Of a stretch of 64,000 nucleotides of DNA, positions 21,601-31,091 are shown in pieces. Every line of letters begins with the position of its first letter. Position 1 is the first letter of the stretch. Under the pieces are notes generated by a model, which saw only the letters and a list, made by a program, of their open reading frames with translations, had not been told where the DNA came from and ran no database searches. The DNA is from Synechococcales cyanobacterium VAR_4_metabat_354 (GTDB lineage: Bacteria > Cyanobacteriota > Cyanobacteriia > Cyanobacteriales > Chamaesiphonaceae), in NCBI GenBank assembly GCA_031414775.1, contig JANOQI010000062.1, positions 160,001 through 224,000 on the forward strand, read 5' to 3'. Position numbers and translations under genes: made by a program.

Positions 21601-23310
21601 TCACTCCAATTTATCCGTTTCATAGTGGCGTGGTGTATATACCCAGGTTTTTTGATGAGGTTGTTGGATTAAGCGGGTTTTACTCGACCCGATCAAAATC
21701 ATCGTGCGCATATCGGCATCTTCACTCACCAAATCACCTAGAGTCTTGACGATCGAAGACTGCCCTGATCTGCCAACATTGCGAGCTAAAACAATTGGCG
21801 TATCTGGCTTACGCCATTTCAATAGTATTTCTTTAGCTTTAGTTAACTGCCAAGTCCGGTGACTAGAAATGGGATTGTAAAAAGCAATGACAAAATCACC
21901 CTGCGCTGCTGCGGTTAAACGTTGTTCGATCGCACTCCAGGGCTTCAAAATATCAGATAACGAAATTGCACAGAAATCGTGGCCTAAAGGCGCTCCCACC
22001 AAGGATGCAGCGGCTTGCATCGCCGAAATTCCTGGACAAATTTGAATTTCCACCCGCTGCCATAAGGGGTTTCGATCGCGATCGATCGCCTCTAATACCG
22101 CTGCCGCCATCGCATAAATCCCGGGATCGCCAGAAGACACTACGGCCACCGAACGACCTTCTGCCGCTAAATTCAAAGCCAACCGCGATCGATCTAACTC
22201 CACTCGATTATCAGAATCATGTCGCTGCTGTTTCTGTCGTAGTGGTTCCACCAAATTGAGATATGTCGAATAGCCTACCCAATCGGTGGCCTCTTGTAGC
22301 GCAGCCTTTACTTGAGGCGACATCCACTCCGCGCTGCCTGGACCAGTCCCAATGATCGATATTTTTCCTAAGCCCTGACCGATGGTGTTGATATCGATCG
22401 GTTGCGGGGCGATCGAGATGGCAATCTCATAACCCTGATGATTTTCTTGGACTAGGGAAGATGCGATTATCTGACTTAGTTCTCCGGCTGACTGCTGACT
22501 CGTGATGAATCTGAGCGGTACTTGGTATGATTGGGCGATCGATCGAATACCTTCGTCACCTACACAATCTTCATTAGTGATAATTCCCGCAATGCTGAGG
22601 GTCGATAACTGTTGATTAATTAATATCTCGGCTAATGCTGTAGTTAGAGACTCAGTGTTTTCTCCAGTTCGACAAATTGTGATAACTATAGTGCCTGGAT
22701 GATAAACTAAGCAGTCATGATCTGGCTGTATCGATTTATTGGTAACTTGAATTGATAACTTGCCCTGGGGATTTGTTGGCAGTTGCGCGGAATTCAACCA
22801 AGGAGCACTGCTTATCAAACGCAGTTTTTCACCAGCGATCAAATCTGAGATAAATTGTTTGCCATGTTGAGGATTAGCCAATTTGTAGCCAGCTGGTGGA
22901 GCCAGCAAAGTTGTTTGGAACCGAATATCGCCAGTAGTGGTAATGGCTGGAGATACTGCTAAAACAGCGGCAATCTGCCGTGCTAAGTCGTTCGCTCCAT
23001 GCAACCCACCCAGTAAAGGGACAACAGCACTACCATCGCTGGCCACAGCAATTACCGCTGGTTCATGGAGTTTATCTTGTAGGAGTGGGGCGATCGATCG
23101 AATCAAAATTCCAGCAGCACAAAGTCCCACAATTGCGACATCCTGGCTAAATAACTCCTGGACTGTCGTTTTGAAATGCTCGAAGCTGACATCTACGCCA
23201 GTGGTACGTTTGGCCGAACCATAGAGCACGGACTCTGGCAGCACGGTCATTAATTGCCGTGCTGTCGCTACACTATCTTGACTGAGCACTACTACTGCAA
23301 TTTTAGCCAT
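21601..23310 (-). CDS. cobJ: CbiG-like domain / precorrin-3B C17-methyltransferase fusion
   Basis: N-terminal CbiG-like (EPAVIAV, LGGLHGAN, ITTTGD); C-terminal IGTGPG, SSGDPGIY, APLGHDF, FYNP, TPRHY. Confidence 0.92.
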   Translation of the reverse strand: MAKIAVVVLSQDSVATARQLMTVLPESVLYGSAKRTTGVDVSFEHFKTTVQELFSQDVAIVGLCAAGILIRSIAPLLQDKLHEPAVIAVASDGSAVVPLLGGLHGANDLARQIAAVLAVSPAITTTGDIRFQTTLLAPPAGYKLANPQHGKQFISDLIAGEKLRLISSAPWLNSAQLPTNPQGKLSIQVTNKSIQPDHDCLVYHPGTIVITICRTGENTESLTTALAEILINQQLSTLSIAGIITNEDCVGDEGIRSIAQSYQVPLRFITSQQSAGELSQIIASSLVQENHQGYEIAISIAPQPIDINTIGQGLGKISIIGTGPGSAEWMSPQVKAALQEATDWVGYSTYLNLVEPLRQKQQRHDSDNRVELDRSRLALNLAAEGRSVAVVSSGDPGIYAMAAAVLEAIDRDRNPLWQRVEIQICPGISAMQAAASLVGAPLGHDFCAISLSDILKPWSAIEQRLTAAAQGDFVIAFYNPISSHRTWQLTKAKEILLKWRKPDTPIVLARNVGRSGQSSIVKTLGDLVSEDADMRTMILIGSSKTRLIQQPHQKTWVYTPRHYETDKLE

Positions 23311-24010
23311 TCATCCACTGCCATTCACTTGGAATCACGATCATCGCAAAATAAGGTACCTGCGTTGGATCAACTTCTGCGATCGGTACAATCCTTTGTT
23401 TTTCAGTAGTCGATCGTTCGATGTATTTTGCTCGTTCCCACAAACCAACTTCTTTTAATACATCACAAACCTTGGCGAAATTACGCCCCAGTTTCATAAT
23501 GACAGCGGCATCAGCAACTTTCAACCTGTCAGCAATTATCTCTGCTGGCAAAGTCCCAGTCAGTACAATGAATACATCGTTACGATAAGTCAAAGGCGTA
23601 CCGAGCATCCCGGCACTAGCCATTACCGAAGATACCCCTGGTACTACTTCGGTGGGGAATCGGTGAGACAGCCGATTGAAGGTATACATAAAAGTGCCAA
23701 AGAAAAAGGGATCGCCTTCACAGAGCACTGCTACATCCCGACCAGCCTCTAGATGCTGTGCTAATTCTTCGGCCATCTTGTCGTAATATGGCTGGGAGGA
23801 AATTTCTAGTTTAAAAGGCAGCACCATCGGAATTTCGATCTGCTCTGGCTTCAGATAATCTGCCACGACTGCCCGCGAGATACAGCGACCATCAGGAGAT
23901 GCCGGATAAGCCACTACCGGCACTGATTGTAAAATGCGGTATGCCTTCAACGTTAACAACTCCGGGTCGCCCGGACCCAATCCCAAACCGTATAGTTTAC
24001 CAACAGTCAT
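23303..24010 (-). CDS. cobI: Precorrin-2 C20-methyltransferase
   Basis: LYGLGLGPGDPELLTLKA, EGDPFFFG, IMKLG, PYF. Confidence 0.93.
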   Translation of the reverse strand: MTVGKLYGLGLGPGDPELLTLKAYRILQSVPVVAYPASPDGRCISRAVVADYLKPEQIEIPMVLPFKLEISSQPYYDKMAEELAQHLEAGRDVAVLCEGDPFFFGTFMYTFNRLSHRFPTEVVPGVSSVMASAGMLGTPLTYRNDVFIVLTGTLPAEIIADRLKVADAAVIMKLGRNFAKVCDVLKEVGLWERAKYIERSTTEKQRIVPIAEVDPTQVPYFAMIVIPSEWQWMNG

Positions 24011-24012
24011 AG

Positions 24013-24639
24013 TTATTCAGCCTCCTGAGCTAAAGCATTGATAGCGGCAGCAGTCATGGCACTACCACCCCGCCGCCCGTGAATCGTAATAAAAGGAATA
24101 CCGCGACTATTAGCTGCTAATTCAGCCTTGGATTCCGCTGCCCCCACAAAACCCACTGGCATTCCCACAATCAAAGCAGGCTGGCTAGCTCCAGCATCTA
24201 GTAGCTCTAGTAACCTAAAGAGGGCAGTAGGGGCATTGCCGATCGCCACTATAGATCCAGTCAAGTCTGGCAACCATAGTTCTAAAGCTGCTGCCGATCG
24301 GGTGTTGCCAATCCGTTGCGCTATTCCTGACACCTCGGTATGTTTAAGGGTACAAATAACCTTATTGTTGGCTGGTAAGCGGCTGCGGGTTATGCCATCA
24401 GCGACCATGTGAGCATCACAAAAAATGGCGGCACCGTTGCTTAGGGCTTTCCTGCCGATCGCTGCTGCTAGGGGCGAAGCCGCGATGTCACTAACAATAT
24501 CGGTGATGCCGCAGCCATGAATCATTCGCACCACGACTTTTTCCAAATCTGGTGGAATATTGCTTAAATCAGTCTCTGATCGAATGGTAGCAAATGATTT
24601 TTTGTAAATTTCTGCGCCGTCGCGAATGTAGTCCAGCAT
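24013..24639 (-). CDS. cobH: Precorrin-8X methylmutase
   Basis: IYKKSFATIR, NTRSAAA, IGNAPTAL, PVGFVGAAESK, GRRGGS. Confidence 0.95.
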   Translation of the reverse strand: MLDYIRDGAEIYKKSFATIRSETDLSNIPPDLEKVVVRMIHGCGITDIVSDIAASPLAAAIGRKALSNGAAIFCDAHMVADGITRSRLPANNKVICTLKHTEVSGIAQRIGNTRSAAALELWLPDLTGSIVAIGNAPTALFRLLELLDAGASQPALIVGMPVGFVGAAESKAELAANSRGIPFITIHGRRGGSAMTAAAINALAQEAE

Positions 24640-24644
24640 TAAGT

Positions 24645-26111
24645 TTAACTGTCAATTGGAATGGCAAAAAGTTGATGTAAATCAGAAAGGGAATGACGCT
24701 GTATGAAAGCAGCAAAAGATTCTTGGGTGGTGCGACGCTGTTGTTGGTAGATACTGATCATTTGCTCGATCATCGCAATTGCCTGCTCCACCGGCATCAT
24801 CGGCAATAACCGTTGACCAAAAGTTTGATTACCCGATCGCAGATAAATTTCATAGCTCTCGTTCTGTTCATCAGATATACCAAGTAGTGCAATATCGCTA
24901 CCAAGGGGGTGAGCGCAGCCTTTACCACAACCGCTGACATGGATTTGCAGGGGCTGATCTAATCGATCGATCAGCTTCTGAATCAAAATCTGAGCATGAG
25001 TATGACTGTCAGTTTCAGCAGCTTGGCAACCAGGTTTACCACGACAAGCGGCGATCGATCCGGCAGGATGATGAGCATTAGTTTGTAGACCCAATTCTTC
25101 TAGTGCCTGTATTAAATTGGGTAGTTCAGTATCTAAAACATTCGGTAAGATAACATTCTGCCAAGGCGTTAACCGCAAGCTACCGTCCCCATATTGGTCT
25201 GCTAAATGACCTAGACTGTGTAGCTGATCGATCGAGATTTGACCCAAAGGTAAAACTAATCCTAAATACGCATAACTAGTTTGCCGCTGGCGATGGATAC
25301 CTAAATGACTGCCAGGTTTACTGGCACTTGCTGGAATCAATTCATGACCATCATCGAAATCCGAGGCCAATAAGTTGCGCAACCAATCCAGACCCCAATG
25401 GGCTACTAATTGCCGCAGGCGGGGCTTTTTACTGCGGCGATATGGCTGGGATGTAATCGGTAAAGCTGCCGCATTTTCTAGATAAATATGATAAATTGCT
25501 GATACTAATTGCACAGCATCATCAAACGTACAGCCCAATTCAGTATCCAATTCCAGGCCATCGCCCATATTCAAAAACAATCGCATCCCTTGACGATGCG
25601 CCACCAATATCAAATCATTTGGGCGCTGCCGGATCGAGACTGCTTCACCGCCATCAATACCAATACTGCACTTGGCACTCAGACCAACTAATTCGGGATG
25701 GCTGGAAATATATCGATCGATCGCCCCAACAGTTGGTCTGGTATCAAACACGGCCTGCGCATCAATCCCCGCAGTAGGGCTAGCCATAATATTGCGCAAG
25801 TGATCGACGGCTGGGATGGGCGCGGCTAATTCAACAGCCTGTAATTGTTGAAAAATAGCGGGAGTCAGTGCTTGAGAGAGTTTTAACTGGAGATTGGCTC
25901 GGTTGGTGATCTGGATGCTGGCTAAACCGATATTAGCCGCCAAATCAACAATTATGCTCACCTGCTGACTACTCAGTAATCCGCCAGGTGTCCGAATCCT
26001 CGCCAAAATTCCATCTTGAGCCGCTGTTGGGTAAAACAAGCCAGGACAGGCTAGGGATTCTAAAGAAGTAGGTGAAGTAGCAATAAAGACCAAGTTTCTG
26101 TTCTTGTGCAA
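24645..26111 (-). CDS. cobG: Precorrin-3B synthase (nitrite/sulfite reductase-like Fe-S protein)
   Basis: ACPGLF, DGILARIRTPGG, TNRANLQ, LRLTPWQN, ACRGKPGC, HVSGCGKGC; first gene of the cob operon; start uncertain. Confidence 0.88.
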   Translation of the reverse strand: MHKNRNLVFIATSPTSLESLACPGLFYPTAAQDGILARIRTPGGLLSSQQVSIIVDLAANIGLASIQITNRANLQLKLSQALTPAIFQQLQAVELAAPIPAVDHLRNIMASPTAGIDAQAVFDTRPTVGAIDRYISSHPELVGLSAKCSIGIDGGEAVSIRQRPNDLILVAHRQGMRLFLNMGDGLELDTELGCTFDDAVQLVSAIYHIYLENAAALPITSQPYRRSKKPRLRQLVAHWGLDWLRNLLASDFDDGHELIPASASKPGSHLGIHRQRQTSYAYLGLVLPLGQISIDQLHSLGHLADQYGDGSLRLTPWQNVILPNVLDTELPNLIQALEELGLQTNAHHPAGSIAACRGKPGCQAAETDSHTHAQILIQKLIDRLDQPLQIHVSGCGKGCAHPLGSDIALLGISDEQNESYEIYLRSGNQTFGQRLLPMMPVEQAIAMIEQMISIYQQQRRTTQESFAAFIQRHSLSDLHQLFAIPIDS

Positions 26112-26137
26112 CGCAAGAGTCGATCGAACAACAACGC

Positions 26138-26245
26138 TGCATCGGTATTCTGACTCGTCAGCCTGGTGGCTGCTTTACAGTTGCGGCACAGTCTCGGAAT
26201 CTCACCGAACTTCCCCAATTTTCAGCTTCAGCAGCTTACCACAGA
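26138..26245 (-). promoter_or_regulatory. Cobalamin riboswitch
   Basis: Minus strand reads GGTAAG...GGGGAAGTTCGGTGAGATTCCGAGACTGTGCCGCAACTGTAA...GAGTCAGAATACCG (core motifs and B12 box) directly 5' of cobG; boundaries approximate. Confidence 0.9.
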
Positions 26246-26291
26246 CGGTGGAGCAAGCAGATCAGATCATAATTATTCTTCAGAAACAGAC

Positions 26292-26332
26292 TTGACAAGT
26301 ATCTTATGTAGCTACATATTAGGAGTTACAAT
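26292..26332 (+). promoter_or_regulatory. Promoter and palindromic operator of the BrnT/BrnA module
   Basis: TTGACA at 26292; perfect 14-bp palindrome TATGTAGCTACATA (26305-26318); TACAAT at 26327. Confidence 0.6.
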
Positions 26333-26352
26333 TAGGTTTGTGGGGGACGAGG

Positions 26353-26643
26353 TTGAAGTGGAAATGGGATGATGCCAAAAATCGAGAGAACAGTCGTAAG
26401 CATGGCTTGAGTTTTGAAGCTGCTCAATATATTTTTGCAGATCCGCTGGCTCTGAGCCGGATCGATCCATTTCCAGGTGAGGAGCGTTGGCAGACTATTG
26501 GCTTGGTTGGTCAGTTAACTGTGTTTGTGGTGCATACTTGGCCGGTGGTTGATCCGATAACGGGTGAAGAGATGGGGCGAATCATTAGTGCAAGGAAGGC
26601 AACAATTTATGAAAGGAGATCGTATGAAGAAGAGACGTTCTAA
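26353..26643 (+). CDS. brnT: BrnT family toxin (RelE-like ribonuclease)
   Basis: WDDAKNRENSRKHGLSFEAA, EERWQTIG, VVHT, RIISARKAT; TTG start after a G-rich RBS. Confidence 0.92.
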   Translation: MKWKWDDAKNRENSRKHGLSFEAAQYIFADPLALSRIDPFPGEERWQTIGLVGQLTVFVVHTWPVVDPITGEEMGRIISARKATIYERRSYEEETF

Positions 26644-26908
26644 TTCTGTTCCGCCAGAGATTCAGGCTGAAATTGATGCTTTGGCTGCTTTGCCGGAAGA
26701 GCAAATTAATACTGATGACATTCCAGAGGTGCGGGGTTGGGATGATGCTAAACGAGGGGTGTTTTATCGCCCGATTAAGCAGCAAATTACGCTGCGTTTG
26801 GATGCTGACCTTGTGGATTGGTTTAAGAATCATCATCAGCAGGATGAGGGTTATCAGACTAGTATTAATCGCGCTTTGCGGGAGTATGTTTCACAACATC
26901 GGTCTTAA
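26624..26908 (+). CDS. brnA: BrnA family antitoxin
   Basis: DDIPE, FYRPIKQQITLRLDADLVDWFK, GYQTSINRALREY; AAGGAG RBS; overlaps brnT. Confidence 0.92.
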   Translation: MKKRRSNSVPPEIQAEIDALAALPEEQINTDDIPEVRGWDDAKRGVFYRPIKQQITLRLDADLVDWFKNHHQQDEGYQTSINRALREYVSQHRS

Positions 26909-26931
26909 AGCCTGTTGGCGGGAGTATTGAT

Positions 26932-27207
26932 ATTGGTCAACTTAGAACCATTGATGAGTTTACTGAACAGTATTTTCGTGATCATCCTGAAGAGATTGAT
27001 GATTATCTAGCGGAAATCTTTCAAGAATTTGTGGAGGATAATGATACTGGTGCTTTGCTGGCATCGTTGCGGGTTATTGCTCGTGTTCAGGGGATTAGTG
27101 ATATAGCTGAACAGATTGTTATGACTAGACAAGGGGTGTAGAAGGCTATGGGTTATTGTTTTATGCCGCAAAAGCTACCGCGATCGTCTTTGGTGCAAGT
27201 GAATTGA
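26932..27207 (+). pseudogene. Degraded addiction-module antidote (HTH antitoxin)
   Basis: Frame reads IGQLRTIDEFTEQYFRDHPEEIDDYLAEIFQEF..DTGALLASLRVIARVQGISDIAEQIVMTRQGV*KAMGY; no ATG, premature TAG 27139-27141, and the usual GNP-containing segment is missing. Confidence 0.78.
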
Positions 27208-27252
27208 TTTTCCTACTCGGAGATGTTTTGCGAATGATTTGCTATCGAGATA

Positions 27253-28134
27253 TTAAAAATGCAACGAACCACCAATCATTCCTGCCAAAATCACCAACCC
27301 CAGCCAAACATTTTCCTTAAACATTTGACCATAGCTAGCTGCCGGTAACTCCGAGTGACGCAAGCGCCGAAATTGCGTAAACCATACCCCCGATCCGATC
27401 GATAGCGCCATCCAAAAAATAATATTTAAGTGCATGGCCTGACCAGTGAAAGCCATGAAAACAAAAGTCAGTAAATAAAAGATGCCCACCGCTAACGGCA
27501 CCTGATCGCCAAAAAACAAAGCACTAGAATTCACCCCAATCCGCCGATCATCCGATCGATCTGGCATCGCATACACCGTGTCAAAGCCCAGCGTCCAAAA
27601 CACCGTCGCCGCCCACAGATACCACGTCGCAGGCTGCAAACTCGCCGTCACCATCGACCAGCTAATTAATACCGCAAAACCCCAGGCGATCGATAGCACC
27701 AATTGAGGTACTGGAAAAACTCGTTTAGCAGCCGGATATAACAAAATTACTGGCACCGCCGCCACGCACAGCCAAAAAGTCAGCGGGTTTAGATACAAGG
27801 CCAGCACGCATGCACAAGCCAGAGAAACCAGCAAAATTCCGACACCTACTTTAACAGAGAGCGATCGAGCGGCCAGTGGACGGTTTTTAGTGCGTTCTAC
27901 TTGAGGATCGATGTCTTTGTCCCACAGATCATTTACGACGCAACCAGCGGCGCTAGTTGCCAAAGTACCCAACACAATTACGCCAAGCAATGGCCAACGA
28001 ATAGTGCCTAGCTGCACGGTCGCTAAACAAAATCCCCACAATGCTGGAATCAATAATATCAAACGCCCGGTGGGTTTGTCCCAGCGCAGGAGCCGGATGA
28101 TGGTGAGCCAGGTGGGGGGAGGGGCAGGAGTCAT
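27253..28134 (-). CDS. plqA: 4-hydroxybenzoate solanesyltransferase (UbiA family)
   Basis: LRWDKPTGRLILLIPALW, NDLWDKDIDPQVERTKNRPLA, FDTVYAMPD. Confidence 0.92.
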   Translation of the reverse strand: MTPAPPPTWLTIIRLLRWDKPTGRLILLIPALWGFCLATVQLGTIRWPLLGVIVLGTLATSAAGCVVNDLWDKDIDPQVERTKNRPLAARSLSVKVGVGILLVSLACACVLALYLNPLTFWLCVAAVPVILLYPAAKRVFPVPQLVLSIAWGFAVLISWSMVTASLQPATWYLWAATVFWTLGFDTVYAMPDRSDDRRIGVNSSALFFGDQVPLAVGIFYLLTFVFMAFTGQAMHLNIIFWMALSIGSGVWFTQFRRLRHSELPAASYGQMFKENVWLGLVILAGMIGGSLHF

Positions 28135-28259
28135 AGCAGGAAATGAGGCGGACTTTACAAATCTTAGCTTAACTGCGATCCACCTGGCTGGTGATTAGGC
28201 GTTGCTTCTGGCCAATTAACTAAGCTAAGATTTTAACAACTGCCTATATCCTGAGTTTC

Positions 28260-29615
28260 ATGTCTCTCCCCACCCAACGAGCTACAGACTTAGCCACCGC
28301 TTACAAAATATCTGATGTGCAGCCATTATCAGGAGAGGATCTCGATCGATACTATGTGGATTTGGGGGCAGCACGGAAAAACGATGCGATCCTTAATATC
28401 AACTCCACTTTAGAATTGCAAGAAGCCGAGCAGCATAGCGCAATATTATTTACTGGGCATCGCGGTTGTGGCAAAAGCACCGAACTGCGATTATTGCAAC
28501 GCAGGTGGCAACAGTACTTTCATGTCATTTATTTAGAATCTGACAAAATAACGGACATTAATGATGTTCAGTACACTGATCTCTACCTTCTAATTGCCCA
28601 GTATCTGGAATATGAGATGCGTCAGCTCAACATCGAGCTTGATAGCAGAATCGTGCAAGACATAGAGCAATGGTTTTCTGATGTCATTAAAGAATTAGAA
28701 ATGTCCAAAAACATTGAGGTTGCCGTTGCTGGTGAAATTACCATTAGTAACAGTGGTCTTTTGCCCATACCACTACTTGCCAAGTTTTTAGCTAAATTGA
28801 CCTCACAGATCAAGGGAGCATCCAGAGATAAAACAACAATTCGCCGCGCTATTGAAAAAGATATATCGATCTTGATGACTAGCCTGAATTTATTGTTACA
28901 CGATGCCGAAAAAAAATTGATTAATAAATATCCACACTACAAAGGAATTTTAATCGTATTCGATAACCTCGACAGGTGTCCGCCTCATGTTGCCGACAAA
29001 CTGTTTTTTGATTACGCTGCCCAGCTGCAAGCGATCGATTGCACGATCGTTTATACGGTGCCTATTGCTTCACTTTATTCATCACGAGGCATCGCCAAAA
29101 CCTTTGATAAACCTTATATAGTTTCGATGGTGAATATTTATCAATATTCAGATAAGTCAAATTTACTCAATCACCTCGATACTGGATTGAATTCTTTAGT
29201 GGAGCTGCTCGATAAACGGATCGACACTAAGCAAGTCTTTGCAAATAGCGAAATCTTGTTAGATATTGTTCGGGCTAGTGGCGGACATGTACGGGATCTG
29301 ATGAAAATGGTTAGGCAAGCTTGTCTGATGGCGAAGGGGCGAAAACATCACAAAGTACAGACAGATGATGCTCTCTATGCCATAAATCAGGCGCAATTCA
29401 GCTTCGAACGCGAGATTCCGGACACTCATTATCCGATTATTGCCGAAACTTTTTTAAAGAAACGAGCCCCCAGTAACGAGCTGGGTCAAGATTGTTTATT
29501 CTATACCTATGTGTTGGAATATAACGGCGACAAAAGATGGAATTATCCTCATCCTACGGTGATAAAAATCGATGCTTTCCAAACAGCCCTCACCCAGCTC
29601 CAACAGCAGCCTTGA
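28260..29615 (+). CDS. P-loop ATPase (KAP/STAND-like)
   Basis: Walker A GHRGCGKST, Walker B LIVFDNLDR, SGGHVRDLM lid-like motif. Confidence 0.85.
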   Translation: MSLPTQRATDLATAYKISDVQPLSGEDLDRYYVDLGAARKNDAILNINSTLELQEAEQHSAILFTGHRGCGKSTELRLLQRRWQQYFHVIYLESDKITDINDVQYTDLYLLIAQYLEYEMRQLNIELDSRIVQDIEQWFSDVIKELEMSKNIEVAVAGEITISNSGLLPIPLLAKFLAKLTSQIKGASRDKTTIRRAIEKDISILMTSLNLLLHDAEKKLINKYPHYKGILIVFDNLDRCPPHVADKLFFDYAAQLQAIDCTIVYTVPIASLYSSRGIAKTFDKPYIVSMVNIYQYSDKSNLLNHLDTGLNSLVELLDKRIDTKQVFANSEILLDIVRASGGHVRDLMKMVRQACLMAKGRKHHKVQTDDALYAINQAQFSFEREIPDTHYPIIAETFLKKRAPSNELGQDCLFYTYVLEYNGDKRWNYPHPTVIKIDAFQTALTQLQQQP

Positions 29616-30996
29616 TACTGAGTTTCTACAGCACAATGCTGAAGAATTAGACAGTATTGAGTTATTTGCTGAACTGTCTGAAGGATTTACGATCGCTTTT
29701 ATGGAAGTTAATTCCGACACTGATCGAGCGGTAGTGATTGAATATCTTAAAAATAGTGACAGGTTCCCTAAGGTGCAATGGGTTCTTATTTCTTTGGTTG
29801 ATGAGGATTTGCGGTATTTTGGTTTGGAGGTGCGAGAGCGGTTAGAGGCTGCCCCGTTAATACCTGATCGCCAGCCAGTATTGTTGATTTCTGGATTGGA
29901 GCGATCGATCGGTGTTGCTGGCGAATATCCAGAGGTTTTGAGCAATCTCAATATGGAACGGGATAGCTATCCGCGTATTTTGCCGTATCCGATCGTTTTG
30001 CTTTTGCCGAGCTATGCGATTACCCGTTGTGCCCGCTTTGCTCCAGATTTTTGGTCGTGGAAGTCAATCGAGATACGACTACAAAGTGAATTACCCAACC
30101 CAGATATCAGCTTTAGCACTAATCCAATTGTCACTGATGCCGTCGCTATCAAACCAGTATCTCAGTCTCGCTTTGATTTACTGACTGAGTTGTTAGCCGA
30201 AAACTCTGCACCGACGATCGATCGAGCCAGGTTGCTGGGTCAACTTGGCGATGCCTATTGCTCTATCTATAAAAACGATGAGGCTGAATCATCCTATCGA
30301 TCAGCTCTGGATATTTACGACAATTTTCCGCCCAGCCTCGACCAAGCCAATACCTGTGATGGTTTAGCAGGGTTGTACAATCGGCAAGGAAAATATGCAG
30401 CAGCTCTTCAGCTATTGCAACAAGCCTTAGAAATTCAACAAGAGATTGGCGATCGGCGAGGGGAAGCGGCTTCTCTCCATCAATTGTCCATGATTTACGC
30501 ATTCTCAGGCGATTACCCCCAAGCTCTTACCCTCTCTCAGCAATCGATCGAGATACAAAAAGAAATCGGCAATCGGCAAGGAGAAGCGGCTTCTCTCCAT
30601 CAATTGTCGATTATTTACCAAAACTTAGGCGATTACCCCCAAGCTCTTACCCTCTCTCAGCAATCGATCGAGATAAAAAAAGAGATAGGCGATCGGCAAG
30701 GAGAAGCGGCTTCTCTCCATCAATTGTCGATTATTTACTACAACTTAGGTGATTATCCCCAACCTCTCTCCCTCTCTCAGCAATCGATCGAGATATTACA
30801 AGAAATCGGCGATCGGCGAGGAGAAGCGGCTTCTCTCCATCAGTTGTCGAGAATTTACGCAGCCTTAGGCGATTACCCCCAAGCTCTGAAACTCTCCCAG
30901 CAATCGATCGAGATATTACAAGAAATCGGCGATCAGCCAGCTGTGGTAATTGCTCTTGATCAATCGTTTAAAATCAAACAGGCCATGGAGTTATAA
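29572..30996 (+). CDS. Tetratricopeptide repeat protein with N-terminal alpha/beta domain
   Basis: 40-aa repeats (EAASLHQLSxIYxxLGDYPQALxLSQQSIEI); N-terminal domain ending APDFWSW; overlaps the ATPase by 44 nt. Confidence 0.88.
   Translation: MLSKQPSPSSNSSLDTEFLQHNAEELDSIELFAELSEGFTIAFMEVNSDTDRAVVIEYLKNSDRFPKVQWVLISLVDEDLRYFGLEVRERLEAAPLIPDRQPVLLISGLERSIGVAGEYPEVLSNLNMERDSYPRILPYPIVLLLPSYAITRCARFAPDFWSWKSIEIRLQSELPNPDISFSTNPIVTDAVAIKPVSQSRFDLLTELLAENSAPTIDRARLLGQLGDAYCSIYKNDEAESSYRSALDIYDNFPPSLDQANTCDGLAGLYNRQGKYAAALQLLQQALEIQQEIGDRRGEAASLHQLSMIYAFSGDYPQALTLSQQSIEIQKEIGNRQGEAASLHQLSIIYQNLGDYPQALTLSQQSIEIKKEIGDRQGEAASLHQLSIIYYNLGDYPQPLSLSQQSIEILQEIGDRRGEAASLHQLSRIYAALGDYPQALKLSQQSIEILQEIGDQPAVVIALDQSFKIKQAMEL
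30421..30934 (+). repeat. Coding tandem repeat, 120-bp unit, about 4.3 copies
   Basis: GAAGCGGCTTCTCTCCATCA recurs at exact 120-nt intervals; units near-identical at the DNA level. Confidence 0.95.
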
Positions 30997-31091
30997 AATA
31001 ACCGAACATTCTAATCATCCACTCCTGGCCAGATCGTGACACAATTGGGCTTCAGCCCAAATTTTGCCCTTACCTTAGCCAGGATTCAACC

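Noticed and set aside
26673..26930. 85-aa ORF overlapping brnA as a real gene
   Set aside because: Alternative frame of brnA; only its last few codons resemble a toxin remnant
30421..30934. CRISPR array or DGR target
   Set aside because: Repeats are in-frame 120-bp coding units without unique spacers; no cas genes, reverse transcriptase or template repeat in the window
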